Positions 38,989-47,010 of a stretch of DNA of 64,000 bases are shown one piece after another (position 1 is the first letter of the stretch; every line of letters starts with the position of its first letter). The DNA comes from Candidatus Methylomirabilota bacterium. Its GTDB lineage: Bacteria; Methylomirabilota; Methylomirabilia; Rokubacteriales; CSP1-6. The position numbers and the translations under genes are program-made. Location of the stretch: assembly GCA_036002345.1 (NCBI GenBank), contig DASYTM010000010.1, forward strand, positions 18,978 through 82,977. Direction: 5' to 3'. The notes under the pieces were generated by a model, which was given only the letters and a program-made list of their open reading frames with translations, was not told the DNA's origin and ran no database searches.

Positions 38989-39633
38989 ATGCCCATTCTC
39001 CAGCCCCGCGACGAGGAAGCCGTTCGCAAGGAGTTCCAGCGCCTCGCCGGACCCGTGAAGCTGGTCGTCTTTTCTCAGGAGCTGGTGGCGGGCGACCTCT
39101 GCCGTCAGAACGAGCAGCTGTTGAAGGAGGTCGCGGCGCTCTCGGACCAGATCACCGTCGAGGTGCTCAACCCTGCCATCGACAAGGACCGCGCCGCCGC
39201 CTACGGCATCGACCAGGTCCCGGCCACCGTCGTGGAGGGCGCGCGCGACTACGGCATCCGCTTCCTCGGCGTGCCCGCCGGCTACGAGTTCAGCAACCTC
39301 ATCGACTCGATCATCGCCGTGTCGAGCGGGGAGGCCATGCTGACCGCGGACACCAAGGCCTCGCTGGCCGCGCTGGCCGGCGACGTCGAGATCAAGGTCT
39401 TCTCCACCCCCACCTGACCGCACTGTCCCCGGGCCGTGCGCCTGGCACAGCACATGGCGATCGCGTCGGACCGCGTGACGGCCACGGCCATCGACGCCTC
39501 GGAGTTTCCCGACCTCGCGCGCGCCTACCAGGTGAGCGGCGTGCCGAAGATCGTCATCAACGACAAAGTCGAGCTGCTCGGCGCGTACCCGGAGCCGCAG
39601 TTCCTCGAGGCGGTGCTGCGCGCCGTCGCATGA
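38989..39633 (+). CDS. AhpF-N-terminal/PDO-like glutaredoxin-like protein disulfide oxidoreductase (two thioredoxin-fold units); candidate selenoprotein with in-frame TGA (Sec) at 39415-39417 giving T-U-P-H-C (DsbA-type CPHC motif with Sec)
   Basis: The frame is continuous: ...DVEIKVFSTPT-[TGA]-PHCPRAVRLAQHMAIASDRVTATAIDASEFPDLARAYQVSGVPKIVINDKVELLGAYPE... It matches the second (CxxC-bearing) unit of AhpF-NTD/PDO proteins (CPYCP...ID..EFPELA.KY.V.SVP.IVIN). Confidence 0.65.
39423..39450 (+). promoter_or_regulatory. Candidate bacterial SECIS hairpin 6 nt downstream of the in-frame UGA of the PDO-like gene
   Basis: CUGUCC-CCGGGC-CGUGC-GCCUGG-CACAG forms an extended, near-perfect stem (one G•U) with a 5-nt loop. 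Confidence 0.4.
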
Positions 39634-40339
39634 CCCCAGGTCCGGGCGAGATCTACCAGCGCGAGATGGTGCCCGCCTCCTTCGCGCGGTGGGCGCCCGA
39701 CCTCGTGGCCCTCGCCGCGCCGAAGGCCGGCGAGCGCGTGCTCGACGTGGCGTGCGGCACGGGGGTGGTCACGCGGCTCGTCGCCGAGCGCGTCCAGCCC
39801 TCCGGCCGCGCGGTCGGGATCGACATCAACGCCGACATGCTCTCGGCCGGTCGCGCCGCGTCGCAAGGCCTCCCCATCGAGTGGCACGAGGGCAGCGCGG
39901 TCGCGCTGCCGTTCGCGAGATGCGCCGCGTGCTCGTGCCGGGCGGCCGGCTGGCCGTGTCCTGCTGGCGCTCCGCGGAGCATCAGCCGGGCCCGCGCGCG
40001 CTGGAGGAGGCCATGGTTCGGCGGCTCGGCCCGCACGCCGCCTCGCTGCCGCCGCTCTCCCTGGGCGACCGCGAGACGCTGCGCGGCCTCATCATGGGCG
40101 CGGGCTTTCGCGACGTGCGCATCCGCGCCGAGGTGAAGACGGTGCGCTACGTCTCGGCCGAGCGGTTCGTGCGCATGCGGGTCGAGGGCGCCCCCACCAT
40201 GATGGGCGTGCTGCGCGACGCCGGACCGGACGCCGTCGCCGCCATCGTGGCCGACGTGGAGGCGGCGCTGCGCGAGTACGTCGACGACGAGGGGCTGGCG
40301 TTTCCCATGGCCGCCCACGTCGTCACCGCGGTGGCCTGA
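39630..40339 (+). pseudogene. Class I SAM-dependent methyltransferase (Methyltransf_11/25-like), disrupted by a frameshift plus loss of ~25-30 codons near 39905
   Basis: Frame 0 (39630-) gives motif I (VLDVACGTGVVTRL) through ...GSAVALPFA. Frame 2 (to 40339) continues ...EMRRVLVPGGRLAVSC... to a credible C-terminus. The post-I/motif II segment between LPF and EMRRVL that such enzymes normally have is absent. Confidence 0.5.
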
Positions 40340-40689
40340 TCGCCCAGCTCTTCGCCTACGGCTCGCTGATGCGCGGCTACGCGCTCCATGGCGTACTCGC
40401 GCGCGGGGCGACCTTCCTGGGCCGGGGCAGCGTGAGCGGGCGCCTGCTCGGGCTGGGCCGGTATCCCGGCCTGATCGAGGGCCGCGGCCGCGTGCAGGGC
40501 GAGATCTACCGTCTCGACGACCCGCAACTTCTCCCGGTGCTCGATCGGGAGGAGGGGTACAATTTCGTCCGTTCGATCGCGATCGTCACGCTCGCGCGCG
40601 GCCGGCGCACGCGGGCGTGGGTCTATCGATACCGCGGCCCGCGCGAGCGCGCGGTGCCGCTCCCGCATGGCGACTACCGGAGGACGTGA
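40336..40689 (+). CDS. Gamma-glutamyl cyclotransferase (GGCT/AIG2-like) family protein; probable non-ATG (CTG) start
   Basis: (L/M)IAQLFAYGSLMRG... carries the YGSL motif of the GGCT fold. The first ATG (40369) would remove this motif. Confidence 0.55.
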   Translation: MIAQLFAYGSLMRGYALHGVLARGATFLGRGSVSGRLLGLGRYPGLIEGRGRVQGEIYRLDDPQLLPVLDREEGYNFVRSIAIVTLARGRRTRAWVYRYRGPRERAVPLPHGDYRRT

Positions 40690-42071
40690 TGGCGATGACC
40701 GCCGCCGAGATCATCAAGGCCGACCAGGAGCACCTGATCCACCCGCTGCACCACCCGATCGATCACGCCGAGCCGATGATTTACGTGCGCGGCAAGGGCG
40801 CGACCATCGAGACGTTCGGCGGCGAGCGCTACATCGACGGGCTGGCCGGCCTCTGGAACGTCAACGTCGGCCACGGCCGCGCCGAGCTCGCCGAGGCGGC
40901 CGCCGCCCAGATGAAGGAGCTGGCCTACTTCTCCGCCTACACCGGCTCGTCGAACCTGCCCGCCGTGCAGCTCGCCGAGAAGCTGATCGGCCTCGCCTAC
41001 GACAACATGCAGGGCGTCTTCTTCACGTGCGGCGGGGCGGAGTCCAACGAGTCGGCGTTCAAGACCGCGCGCTTCTACTGGAAGGCCAAGGGCAAGCCCG
41101 ACAAGATCAAGGTCATCGCGCGCCACAACGCCTACCACGGCGTGACGCAGCAGGCCATGAGCGCGACGGGCATGGCCGCCTACTGGAAGATGTTCGAGCC
41201 GCGCGTGCCGGGCTTCGTGCACATCCCGACCTGCTACCCGTACCGGCAGCAGGGCGCCAAGCCGGGCGAGAGCGCGGGGCAGACGGCGGCGCGCCTGCTC
41301 GACGAGGCCATCACCGCCGAGGGCCAGGACACCGTGGCCGCCTTCATCGCCGAGCCGATCCACGGCGGGGGCGGGGTGCTCGTGCCCGACGACGATTACT
41401 TCAAGCTCGTGCGCGAGGTCTGCACGAAGCGCGAAGTCCTCTTCATCGGCGACGAGGTCATCACCGGCTTCTGCCGCACGGGCAAGTGGTTCGCGCTCTC
41501 GCACTGGGGCGTCAAGCCCGACATCATGTCGTTCGCCAAGGGCGTGACGTCCGGGTATCTCCCCCTCGGCGGGATCATGGTCAGCCGTGACATCAAGGAG
41601 ACCATGGACACCGTCAAGCCCGAGGACCGCTGGATGCACGCCTACACCTACTCGGGGCACCCGACGTGCTGCGCCGTCGGCATCAAGAACGTCGAGATCA
41701 TGGAGCGCGAGCGCCTCTACGACAGCGCGGCGAAGATGGGCACGCGCCTCTACACCGGTCTGAAAGACGCGTTCAAGGACCATCCCAACGCCGGCGACGT
41801 CCGGGGCGGCAAGGGCCTCCTGGCCGCCGTGGAGCTGGTGGAGGACCGGGCCACCAAGAAGAACTTCGCCGGCGACAAGAAGATCGCGCCGCGCATGCAG
41901 CAGGAGATGACCAAGCGCGGCGTCATCACCCGCGTGCGCCCCACGAGCGGCGCGCATCCCGCCAACGGCGACACCATCTTCTACGCGCCGCCCCTCGTGA
42001 TCTCCGAGGCCGAGGTGGACCGCCTCGTCTCGGTCACGCGCGACGCGGTGAAGGCGGTCCTCGGCGTCTAA
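40689..42071 (+). CDS. Class III (omega-type) PLP-dependent aminotransferase
   Basis: GLWNVNVGHGR, FFTCGGAESNESAFK, FIAEPIHGGGGV, FIGDEVITGFCRTGKWF...SFAKGVTSGYLPLGG (PLP-lysine). Confidence 0.9.
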   Translation: MAMTAAEIIKADQEHLIHPLHHPIDHAEPMIYVRGKGATIETFGGERYIDGLAGLWNVNVGHGRAELAEAAAAQMKELAYFSAYTGSSNLPAVQLAEKLIGLAYDNMQGVFFTCGGAESNESAFKTARFYWKAKGKPDKIKVIARHNAYHGVTQQAMSATGMAAYWKMFEPRVPGFVHIPTCYPYRQQGAKPGESAGQTAARLLDEAITAEGQDTVAAFIAEPIHGGGGVLVPDDDYFKLVREVCTKREVLFIGDEVITGFCRTGKWFALSHWGVKPDIMSFAKGVTSGYLPLGGIMVSRDIKETMDTVKPEDRWMHAYTYSGHPTCCAVGIKNVEIMERERLYDSAAKMGTRLYTGLKDAFKDHPNAGDVRGGKGLLAAVELVEDRATKKNFAGDKKIAPRMQQEMTKRGVITRVRPTSGAHPANGDTIFYAPPLVISEAEVDRLVSVTRDAVKAVLGV

Positions 42072-42077
42072 CGGCGA

Positions 42078-42281
42078 GTGCCCGCGATGCGCCTGATCAC
42101 GGCTCACCGGATCTTGATCATCGCGGGCATCGCGTTCTTCCTGCTCTACACGCTCATCGAGGCGCGCGCCTACGTGCGGACGGGCTCGGGCGCCGCGCTG
42201 GCCCAGGCCATCGTCTCGCCGCTCATCGCCGTGGGCTTCTGGCTCTACTACCGCTCGCTGGCCAAGCGATGGGGTCCGTAG
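42078..42281 (+). CDS. Small hypothetical membrane protein (2 TM)
   Basis: 67-aa hydrophobic ORF between the aminotransferase and DCC genes. Confidence 0.35.
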   Translation: MPAMRLITAHRILIIAGIAFFLLYTLIEARAYVRTGSGAALAQAIVSPLIAVGFWLYYRSLAKRWGP

Positions 42282-42652
42282 CGCCCGCGGCGCCCGTCGC
42301 GACGCTCATCTACGACGGCGAGTGCGCCATGTGCCGCGCCAGCGCCCTGTGGATCATGCGCCGCGCGATGGACGCGGGCACGCTCGAGATCCTGCCGTGC
42401 CGGTCGGCGCCCCGCTATGCCCGCTTTCCCCAGATCACCGACGCGCAGTGCATGACCGCCATGCAGCTCGTGCTCCCCGACGGGCGGTTGCTCACCGGAG
42501 CCGACGCCGTGCCGGAGCTCCTGCGCCGGGTGCCCCGCTGGCGCTGGGTGGCCGGCGTCTTCGCGCTGCCCGGCGTGCGCCCCCTCGGCCGCGTCGTCTA
42601 TGCCTGGATCGCGCGCAACCGGATGAAGATCTCGTGCGCGATCGATCGATAG
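42269..42652 (+). CDS. DCC-family thiol-disulfide oxidoreductase (DUF393)
   Basis: LIYDGECAMCRASALWIMRR... carries the CxxC near the N-terminus, characteristic of the DCC1-like family. 128 aa. Confidence 0.7.
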   Translation: MGSVAPAAPVATLIYDGECAMCRASALWIMRRAMDAGTLEILPCRSAPRYARFPQITDAQCMTAMQLVLPDGRLLTGADAVPELLRRVPRWRWVAGVFALPGVRPLGRVVYAWIARNRMKISCAIDR

Positions 42653-43257
42653 CCGCGCGCGGGCTGCTGGTGCTGGCCGTGCTGGCCGGCCTGCTCGTGA
42701 CGTCGACGAGCCGGGCGGCGGGCCTGCCGGACGACGTGCGCCGCCGCCTGGCCGCGGGCGAGGTGGTCGTGACCGATACGATGCCGCCGGGCGCGAGCAA
42801 GACGGCCAGCGGCGGCACGGCGCTCGCCCGCGTGCGGGCCGCGCCCGAGCAGGTCTGGCGCGTCATCGTCGACTATCACGGCCATCCGCGGTATTACCCG
42901 CGGGTCACCGCGGCCGAAGTGGTGGAGAGCGACGCGAAGCACGCCCTCGTCCGCTACGAGGTCAGCGTGGGGCCGTTCGCCTTCAACTTCTTCATGGCGA
43001 AGTACCCGGATCCGCGCCGGCGCCGGGTGGAATGGCGTCTCGCCGAGGGGCGGGCTCACGGTCTCTTCCGCGAGAACTCCGGCTACTGGCAGGTCGACGC
43101 GGACGCGGCCGACGCGAGCCTCGTCACCTACGCCATCGCCGTTCGCACCCTGCTGCCGGCCTTCGTCACCGGTGGCGCCGAGCGCGACAGCCTCGTCGAG
43201 ACGGTGACGGCGCTGCGCAAGCTGGTCGAGGAAGGCAGCGCGCCGGCGCGACGATAA
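42634..43257 (+). CDS. Secreted SRPBCC (START/Bet v1/polyketide-cyclase-like) domain protein; GTG start
   Basis: Signal peptide LLVLAVLAGLLVTSTSRAAG followed by a ~150-aa SRPBCC-like fold (VWRVIVDYHGHPRYYP...). Confidence 0.55.
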   Translation: MRDRSIAARGLLVLAVLAGLLVTSTSRAAGLPDDVRRRLAAGEVVVTDTMPPGASKTASGGTALARVRAAPEQVWRVIVDYHGHPRYYPRVTAAEVVESDAKHALVRYEVSVGPFAFNFFMAKYPDPRRRRVEWRLAEGRAHGLFRENSGYWQVDADAADASLVTYAIAVRTLLPAFVTGGAERDSLVETVTALRKLVEEGSAPARR

Positions 43258-43305
43258 CTGCCGCGCGAAATAGCAGCGCGCGCCGCGCTGCAAACGATTC
43301 CGGCA

Positions 43306-43330
43306 GCGCGCGACTGCTTCGATCGCGCGC
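43306..43330 (+). promoter_or_regulatory. Inverted repeat GCGCGCGA-N9-TCGCGCGC ~60 bp upstream of the sigma-54-like promoter (candidate enhancer-binding-protein site)
   Basis: Perfect 8-bp arms with a 9-nt spacer, read directly from the sequence. Confidence 0.3.
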
Positions 43331-43382
43331 AATGAGCGCGTAACTCCGCGTCTCCCCAACGCGCGCGCCGACACGCCGCGCG

Positions 43383-43398
43383 TGGCACGTCCGCTGCA
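43383..43398 (+). promoter_or_regulatory. Sigma-54 (-24/-12) type promoter upstream of the nitrate assimilation operon
   Basis: TGGCACgtccgcTGCA against the consensus TGGCAC-N5-TTGCA. It lies ~56 nt upstream of the nrtA GTG start. Confidence 0.5.
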
Positions 43399-43453
43399 CT
43401 TCTTTCCCCGCGGCATTTCTGTGTTGCGCACGTTTCGCGCAGGGGGAGGACCA

Positions 43454-44701
43454 GTGCGACTGACTCGTCGAGACTTCGTGAAGACCACCGCGGCCGCCGC
43501 GCTGCTGGCCGGCGTGCCGGCCGGCTGGCGCGGGAGCGCGTACGCCTCGGACGCGCCCGAGCATCCGAAGATGCGCATCGGGATCATCGCCCTCACCGAC
43601 TGCTCGTCGATCGTCATGGCCCACGAGCTCGGGCTCTTCAAGAAGCACGGGATCGAGTCCACGATCTCGAAGGAAGCGTCGTGGGCGGTGATCCGCGACC
43701 GCCTCACCCTCGGCGAGAACCAGGCCACGCACCTGCTGCTCGGCATTCCGTACGCGGCGACCATGGGGCTTCAGGGCTCGCCCGTGAAGCCGATGATCAT
43801 CCCGATGTACCTCAACCGGAACGGGCAAGCCATCACGCTCACCAAGGCGCTGCTCGACAAGGGTGTGAAGACGCCGCAGCAGCTCAAGCCGCACGCCATG
43901 GAGGCGAAGGGCAAGGGCAGCCCGATGACGTTCGCCATGACGTACCCCCCGGGCACGCACGCGATGTGGACGCGCTACTGGCTGGCGGCGGGCGGGATCA
44001 ATCCCGATCGTGACGTCACGCTGATAACGATTCCGCCGGCGCAGATGGTGGCCAACATGAAGGTCGGCAAGATGGACGGCTACTGCGTGGGCGAGCCGTG
44101 GGGCGCGCGCGCCATCGCGGATGGCATCGGGTTCACCGCCATCACCACGCAGCAGATCTGGAAGGACCACCCCGAGAAGGTGCTCGGCTTCACGGAAGAG
44201 TTCGCCGCGAAGAACCCGAAGACGGTGAAGGCGGTGATGCGCGCCATCGTCGAGGCGAGCCAGTGGAACGACAAGCTCGAGAACCGCCCGAGGATGGCGG
44301 AGGTGGTCGGCCAGCCGCAGTACGTCAACGCGTCCAGGGAGACGATCCTGGGCCGCATGCTGGGCGATTACGAGTACGGCGACGGGCGCAAGGAGAAGGA
44401 CAAGTTCTACATGACCTTCTTCGACCGCCAGACCAACTTCCCGATGAAGTCGCACGGCACGTGGTGGCTCACGCAGTTCCGGCGCTGGGGCATGGTCAAG
44501 GAGCCGCCGGACTACAAGGGCCTCGTCGACCGCGTCCACCGGCCCGACATCTTCCGCGAGGTCGCCAAGGAGATGGGCATCGAGACGCCGCGCGGCGACG
44601 CGGAGAAGACGACGTTCTTCGACGGCGGCGTGTTCGATCCCGGCACGGATCCCGAAAAGTACGTGAAGGGCTTCGCCGTCCACACCATGGGGGCGGCGTG
44701 A
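43454..44701 (+). CDS. nrtA: Nitrate ABC transporter substrate-binding protein NrtA, Tat signal peptide
   Basis: [13 protein letters not shown]. Tat motif TRRDFVKTTAAAALLAG. NrtA/CmpA-like core (KMRIGIIALTDCSSIVMAHELGLFKKHG). An upstream ATG at 43382 is also in frame. Confidence 0.85.
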   Translation: MRLTRRDFVKTTAAAALLAGVPAGWRGSAYASDAPEHPKMRIGIIALTDCSSIVMAHELGLFKKHGIESTISKEASWAVIRDRLTLGENQATHLLLGIPYAATMGLQGSPVKPMIIPMYLNRNGQAITLTKALLDKGVKTPQQLKPHAMEAKGKGSPMTFAMTYPPGTHAMWTRYWLAAGGINPDRDVTLITIPPAQMVANMKVGKMDGYCVGEPWGARAIADGIGFTAITTQQIWKDHPEKVLGFTEEFAAKNPKTVKAVMRAIVEASQWNDKLENRPRMAEVVGQPQYVNASRETILGRMLGDYEYGDGRKEKDKFYMTFFDRQTNFPMKSHGTWWLTQFRRWGMVKEPPDYKGLVDRVHRPDIFREVAKEMGIETPRGDAEKTTFFDGGVFDPGTDPEKYVKGFAVHTMGAA

Positions 44702-45468
44702 AGCCGCCGGAGCTCTCGCGGTTCCTGCTGCCGCTGCTCGGTCTCGGCCTGGTGCTGGCCGTGTGGACGGCGCTGTCGCACACCGTGGCCACCGACCTGC
44801 CGTCGCCGCTGCGCACCTGGCAGGAGTCGCGGCGCTACGTACTGGAGCCGTTCTTCAAGGACGGCGAGATGAACCAGGGCATCGGACGGCTCGCGTTCTA
44901 CTCGCTCGTGCGCGTGGGCAAGGGCTACGCGCTCGCGCTCCTCATCGGCACGCCGGTCGGCTTCATGCTCGGGCTGTCGCGCAAGTTCTACGAGGCGTTC
45001 GATCCGATCATCCAGTTCCTGCGCCCGATCTCGCCGCTGGCCTGGCTGCCGCTCGGCCTCGTGATCTTCCGTCAGTCCGAGCCGGCCGCCGTCTTCACGA
45101 TCGCCCTCTGCGCGATGTGGCCGACCGTGATCAACACCGCGGTCGGCGTGCGCTCGATCAGCCAGGACTATCTCAACGTCGGCCGCGTGTTGAAGCTCTC
45201 GCGCTTCCGGATGCTGACCAAGATCATCGTCCCCGCGTCGCTGCCCTACGTCTTCACGGGGTACCGCCTGTCCCTCGGGCTCGCGTGGCTCGTCATCGTC
45301 GCGTCCGAGATGCTGACGGGCACCCCGGGCGTCGGCGGCTTCCTGTGGCAGGAGTACAACAGCCTCGTCTACTCGCACATCATCCTGAGCGTCATCACCA
45401 TCGGCGCCATCGGCTTCGGCCTCGACCGCCTGATGGGTGCGATCGAGGCGCGGCTCAAGGCGGCCTGA
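44698..45468 (+). CDS. nrtB: Nitrate ABC transporter permease NrtB
   Basis: BPD_transp_1 permease with EAA-like loop. GTG start overlaps the nrtA stop. Confidence 0.85.
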   Translation: MKPPELSRFLLPLLGLGLVLAVWTALSHTVATDLPSPLRTWQESRRYVLEPFFKDGEMNQGIGRLAFYSLVRVGKGYALALLIGTPVGFMLGLSRKFYEAFDPIIQFLRPISPLAWLPLGLVIFRQSEPAAVFTIALCAMWPTVINTAVGVRSISQDYLNVGRVLKLSRFRMLTKIIVPASLPYVFTGYRLSLGLAWLVIVASEMLTGTPGVGGFLWQEYNSLVYSHIILSVITIGAIGFGLDRLMGAIEARLKAA

Positions 45469-46247
45469 TGCCGTACCTCGACGTGCGCGCGGTCGAGAAG
45501 TCGTTCGTGACGCCGCGCGGGCTCACGCGCGTGCTGGGCGGCGCGAGCCTGTCGCTGGACGAAGGCGAGTTCGTCGCCATCGTCGGCTACTCCGGTTCCG
45601 GCAAGACCACGCTGATCTCGCTCATCGCGGGCCTGCTGACCCCCGACGCCGGCGAGGTCGTGCTGGACGGCGCGCCCGTCACCGCGCCGGGGCCCGAGCG
45701 CGGGATCGTGTTCCAGCAGTACTCGCTCCTGCCGTGGATGACGGTGCGCGAGAACGTCGCGCTGGCCGTCGATGCCGTCGACGGCGCGCGGCCGGCGGCC
45801 GAGCGGCGCCGGCGTACCGACGAGCTCGTGGCGCTGGTGGGATTGACCACGGCGGCGGGCAAGCGGCCGCGCGAGCTGTCGGGCGGCATGCGCCAGCGCG
45901 TGGCCGTCGCGCGCGGGCTCGCCATGCGCCCGAAGGTGCTCCTGATGGACGAGCCGTTCAGCGCGCTGGACGCGCTCACGCGGGCGCACCTTCAAGATCA
46001 GCTGCTCGACATCTGGAACGCGCGGCGCTCCACGGTCGTGCTCGTGACCAACGACGTGGACGAGGCGATCCTGCTCGCCGATCGAATCTATCCGATGACG
46101 CCGGGCCCGGGCGCGGTGCTCGGCCCGCCCATCGAGGTCGGGCTGCCGCGGCCGCGCGAGCGGAGGCACTTGAGCCTGGCGCCGGCCTACCAGAAGGTGC
46201 GGCAGGGGATCGTCGAGTTCCTGCGCGCCTGCCGGCGGGTCGCCTGA
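45468..46247 (+). CDS. Nitrate/sulfonate-type ABC transporter ATP-binding protein
   Basis: Walker A GYSGSGKTT, signature LSGGMRQRVAVAR, Walker B LLMDEPFSALD. Confidence 0.85.
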   Translation: MPYLDVRAVEKSFVTPRGLTRVLGGASLSLDEGEFVAIVGYSGSGKTTLISLIAGLLTPDAGEVVLDGAPVTAPGPERGIVFQQYSLLPWMTVRENVALAVDAVDGARPAAERRRRTDELVALVGLTTAAGKRPRELSGGMRQRVAVARGLAMRPKVLLMDEPFSALDALTRAHLQDQLLDIWNARRSTVVLVTNDVDEAILLADRIYPMTPGPGAVLGPPIEVGLPRPRERRHLSLAPAYQKVRQGIVEFLRACRRVA

Positions 46248-46248
46248 G

Positions 46249-47010
46249 GTGCAGGCCTTCGTCGAGATCGCCGAGCTCGGCAAGACGTACCCGACGCCCA
46301 CCGGCCCGGCCGAGATCGTGCGCGGCTTCAGCCTCTACGTGAGCCAGGGCGAGTTCGTCTGTCTCCTCGGCCACTCGGGCTGCGGCAAGTCCACCGTGCT
46401 CTCGATCCTCATGGGGCTGAACCGGGCGACCACGGGCGGCGTCGTGATCGATGGCAAGGAGATCGACGGGCCGGGCACCGACCGCGGCGTCGTCTTCCAG
46501 TCCGCCACGCTGCTGCCGTGGATGTCCGTGCGCGCCAACGTGCGGCTGGCCCTGGACCAGGTGCGCGGCGGCGGCGACGCGGAGCGCTATCTCGACGCGG
46601 TCGGGCTCGGAGGCCTCGGCGATCGCCTGCCGCGCGAGCTGTCCGCCGGCATGCAGCAGCGGGTGGGTATCGCGCGCGCGTTCTCGCTGGAGCCGCGGCT
46701 GCTCCTGCTCGACGAGCCGTTCTCGCTCCTCGATGCGCTGACGCGCATGGAGCTGCAGGACGAGCTGATGGCGCTGTGGGAGCGCACGCGGCGCACCGTC
46801 ATCATGGTCACCCACGACGTGGACGAGGCGCTGCTGCTGGCGGACCGGATCGTCCTGATGACGAGCGGCCCGTCGGCCACGGTCGGCGAGATCTTGAAGG
46901 TGGAATTTCCTCGCCCGCGCGTACGGGAAGAGATCCTGGCGCGGCCGGACTACTTCTGGCTCCGCGACCAGGTGCTCGGCTTCCTCGAGGCCCAGCCCGT
47001 CCATGCCTGA
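46249..47010 (+). CDS. Second ABC transporter ATP-binding protein of the nitrate uptake system
   Basis: GHSGCGKST, LSAGMQQRVGIAR, LLLDEPFSLLD. Confidence 0.85.
   Translation: MQAFVEIAELGKTYPTPTGPAEIVRGFSLYVSQGEFVCLLGHSGCGKSTVLSILMGLNRATTGGVVIDGKEIDGPGTDRGVVFQSATLLPWMSVRANVRLALDQVRGGGDAERYLDAVGLGGLGDRLPRELSAGMQQRVGIARAFSLEPRLLLLDEPFSLLDALTRMELQDELMALWERTRRTVIMVTHDVDEALLLADRIVLMTSGPSATVGEILKVEFPRPRVREEILARPDYFWLRDQVLGFLEAQPVHA

Noticed and set aside
35680-40136. Plus-strand ORFs 35680-37134 and 37308-40136 over the amidohydrolase/KAS III genes
   Set aside because: Shadow ORFs opposite strongly supported minus-strand genes. Note that the 3' end of 37308-40136 does coincide with frame 0 of the broken methyltransferase, which is handled separately.
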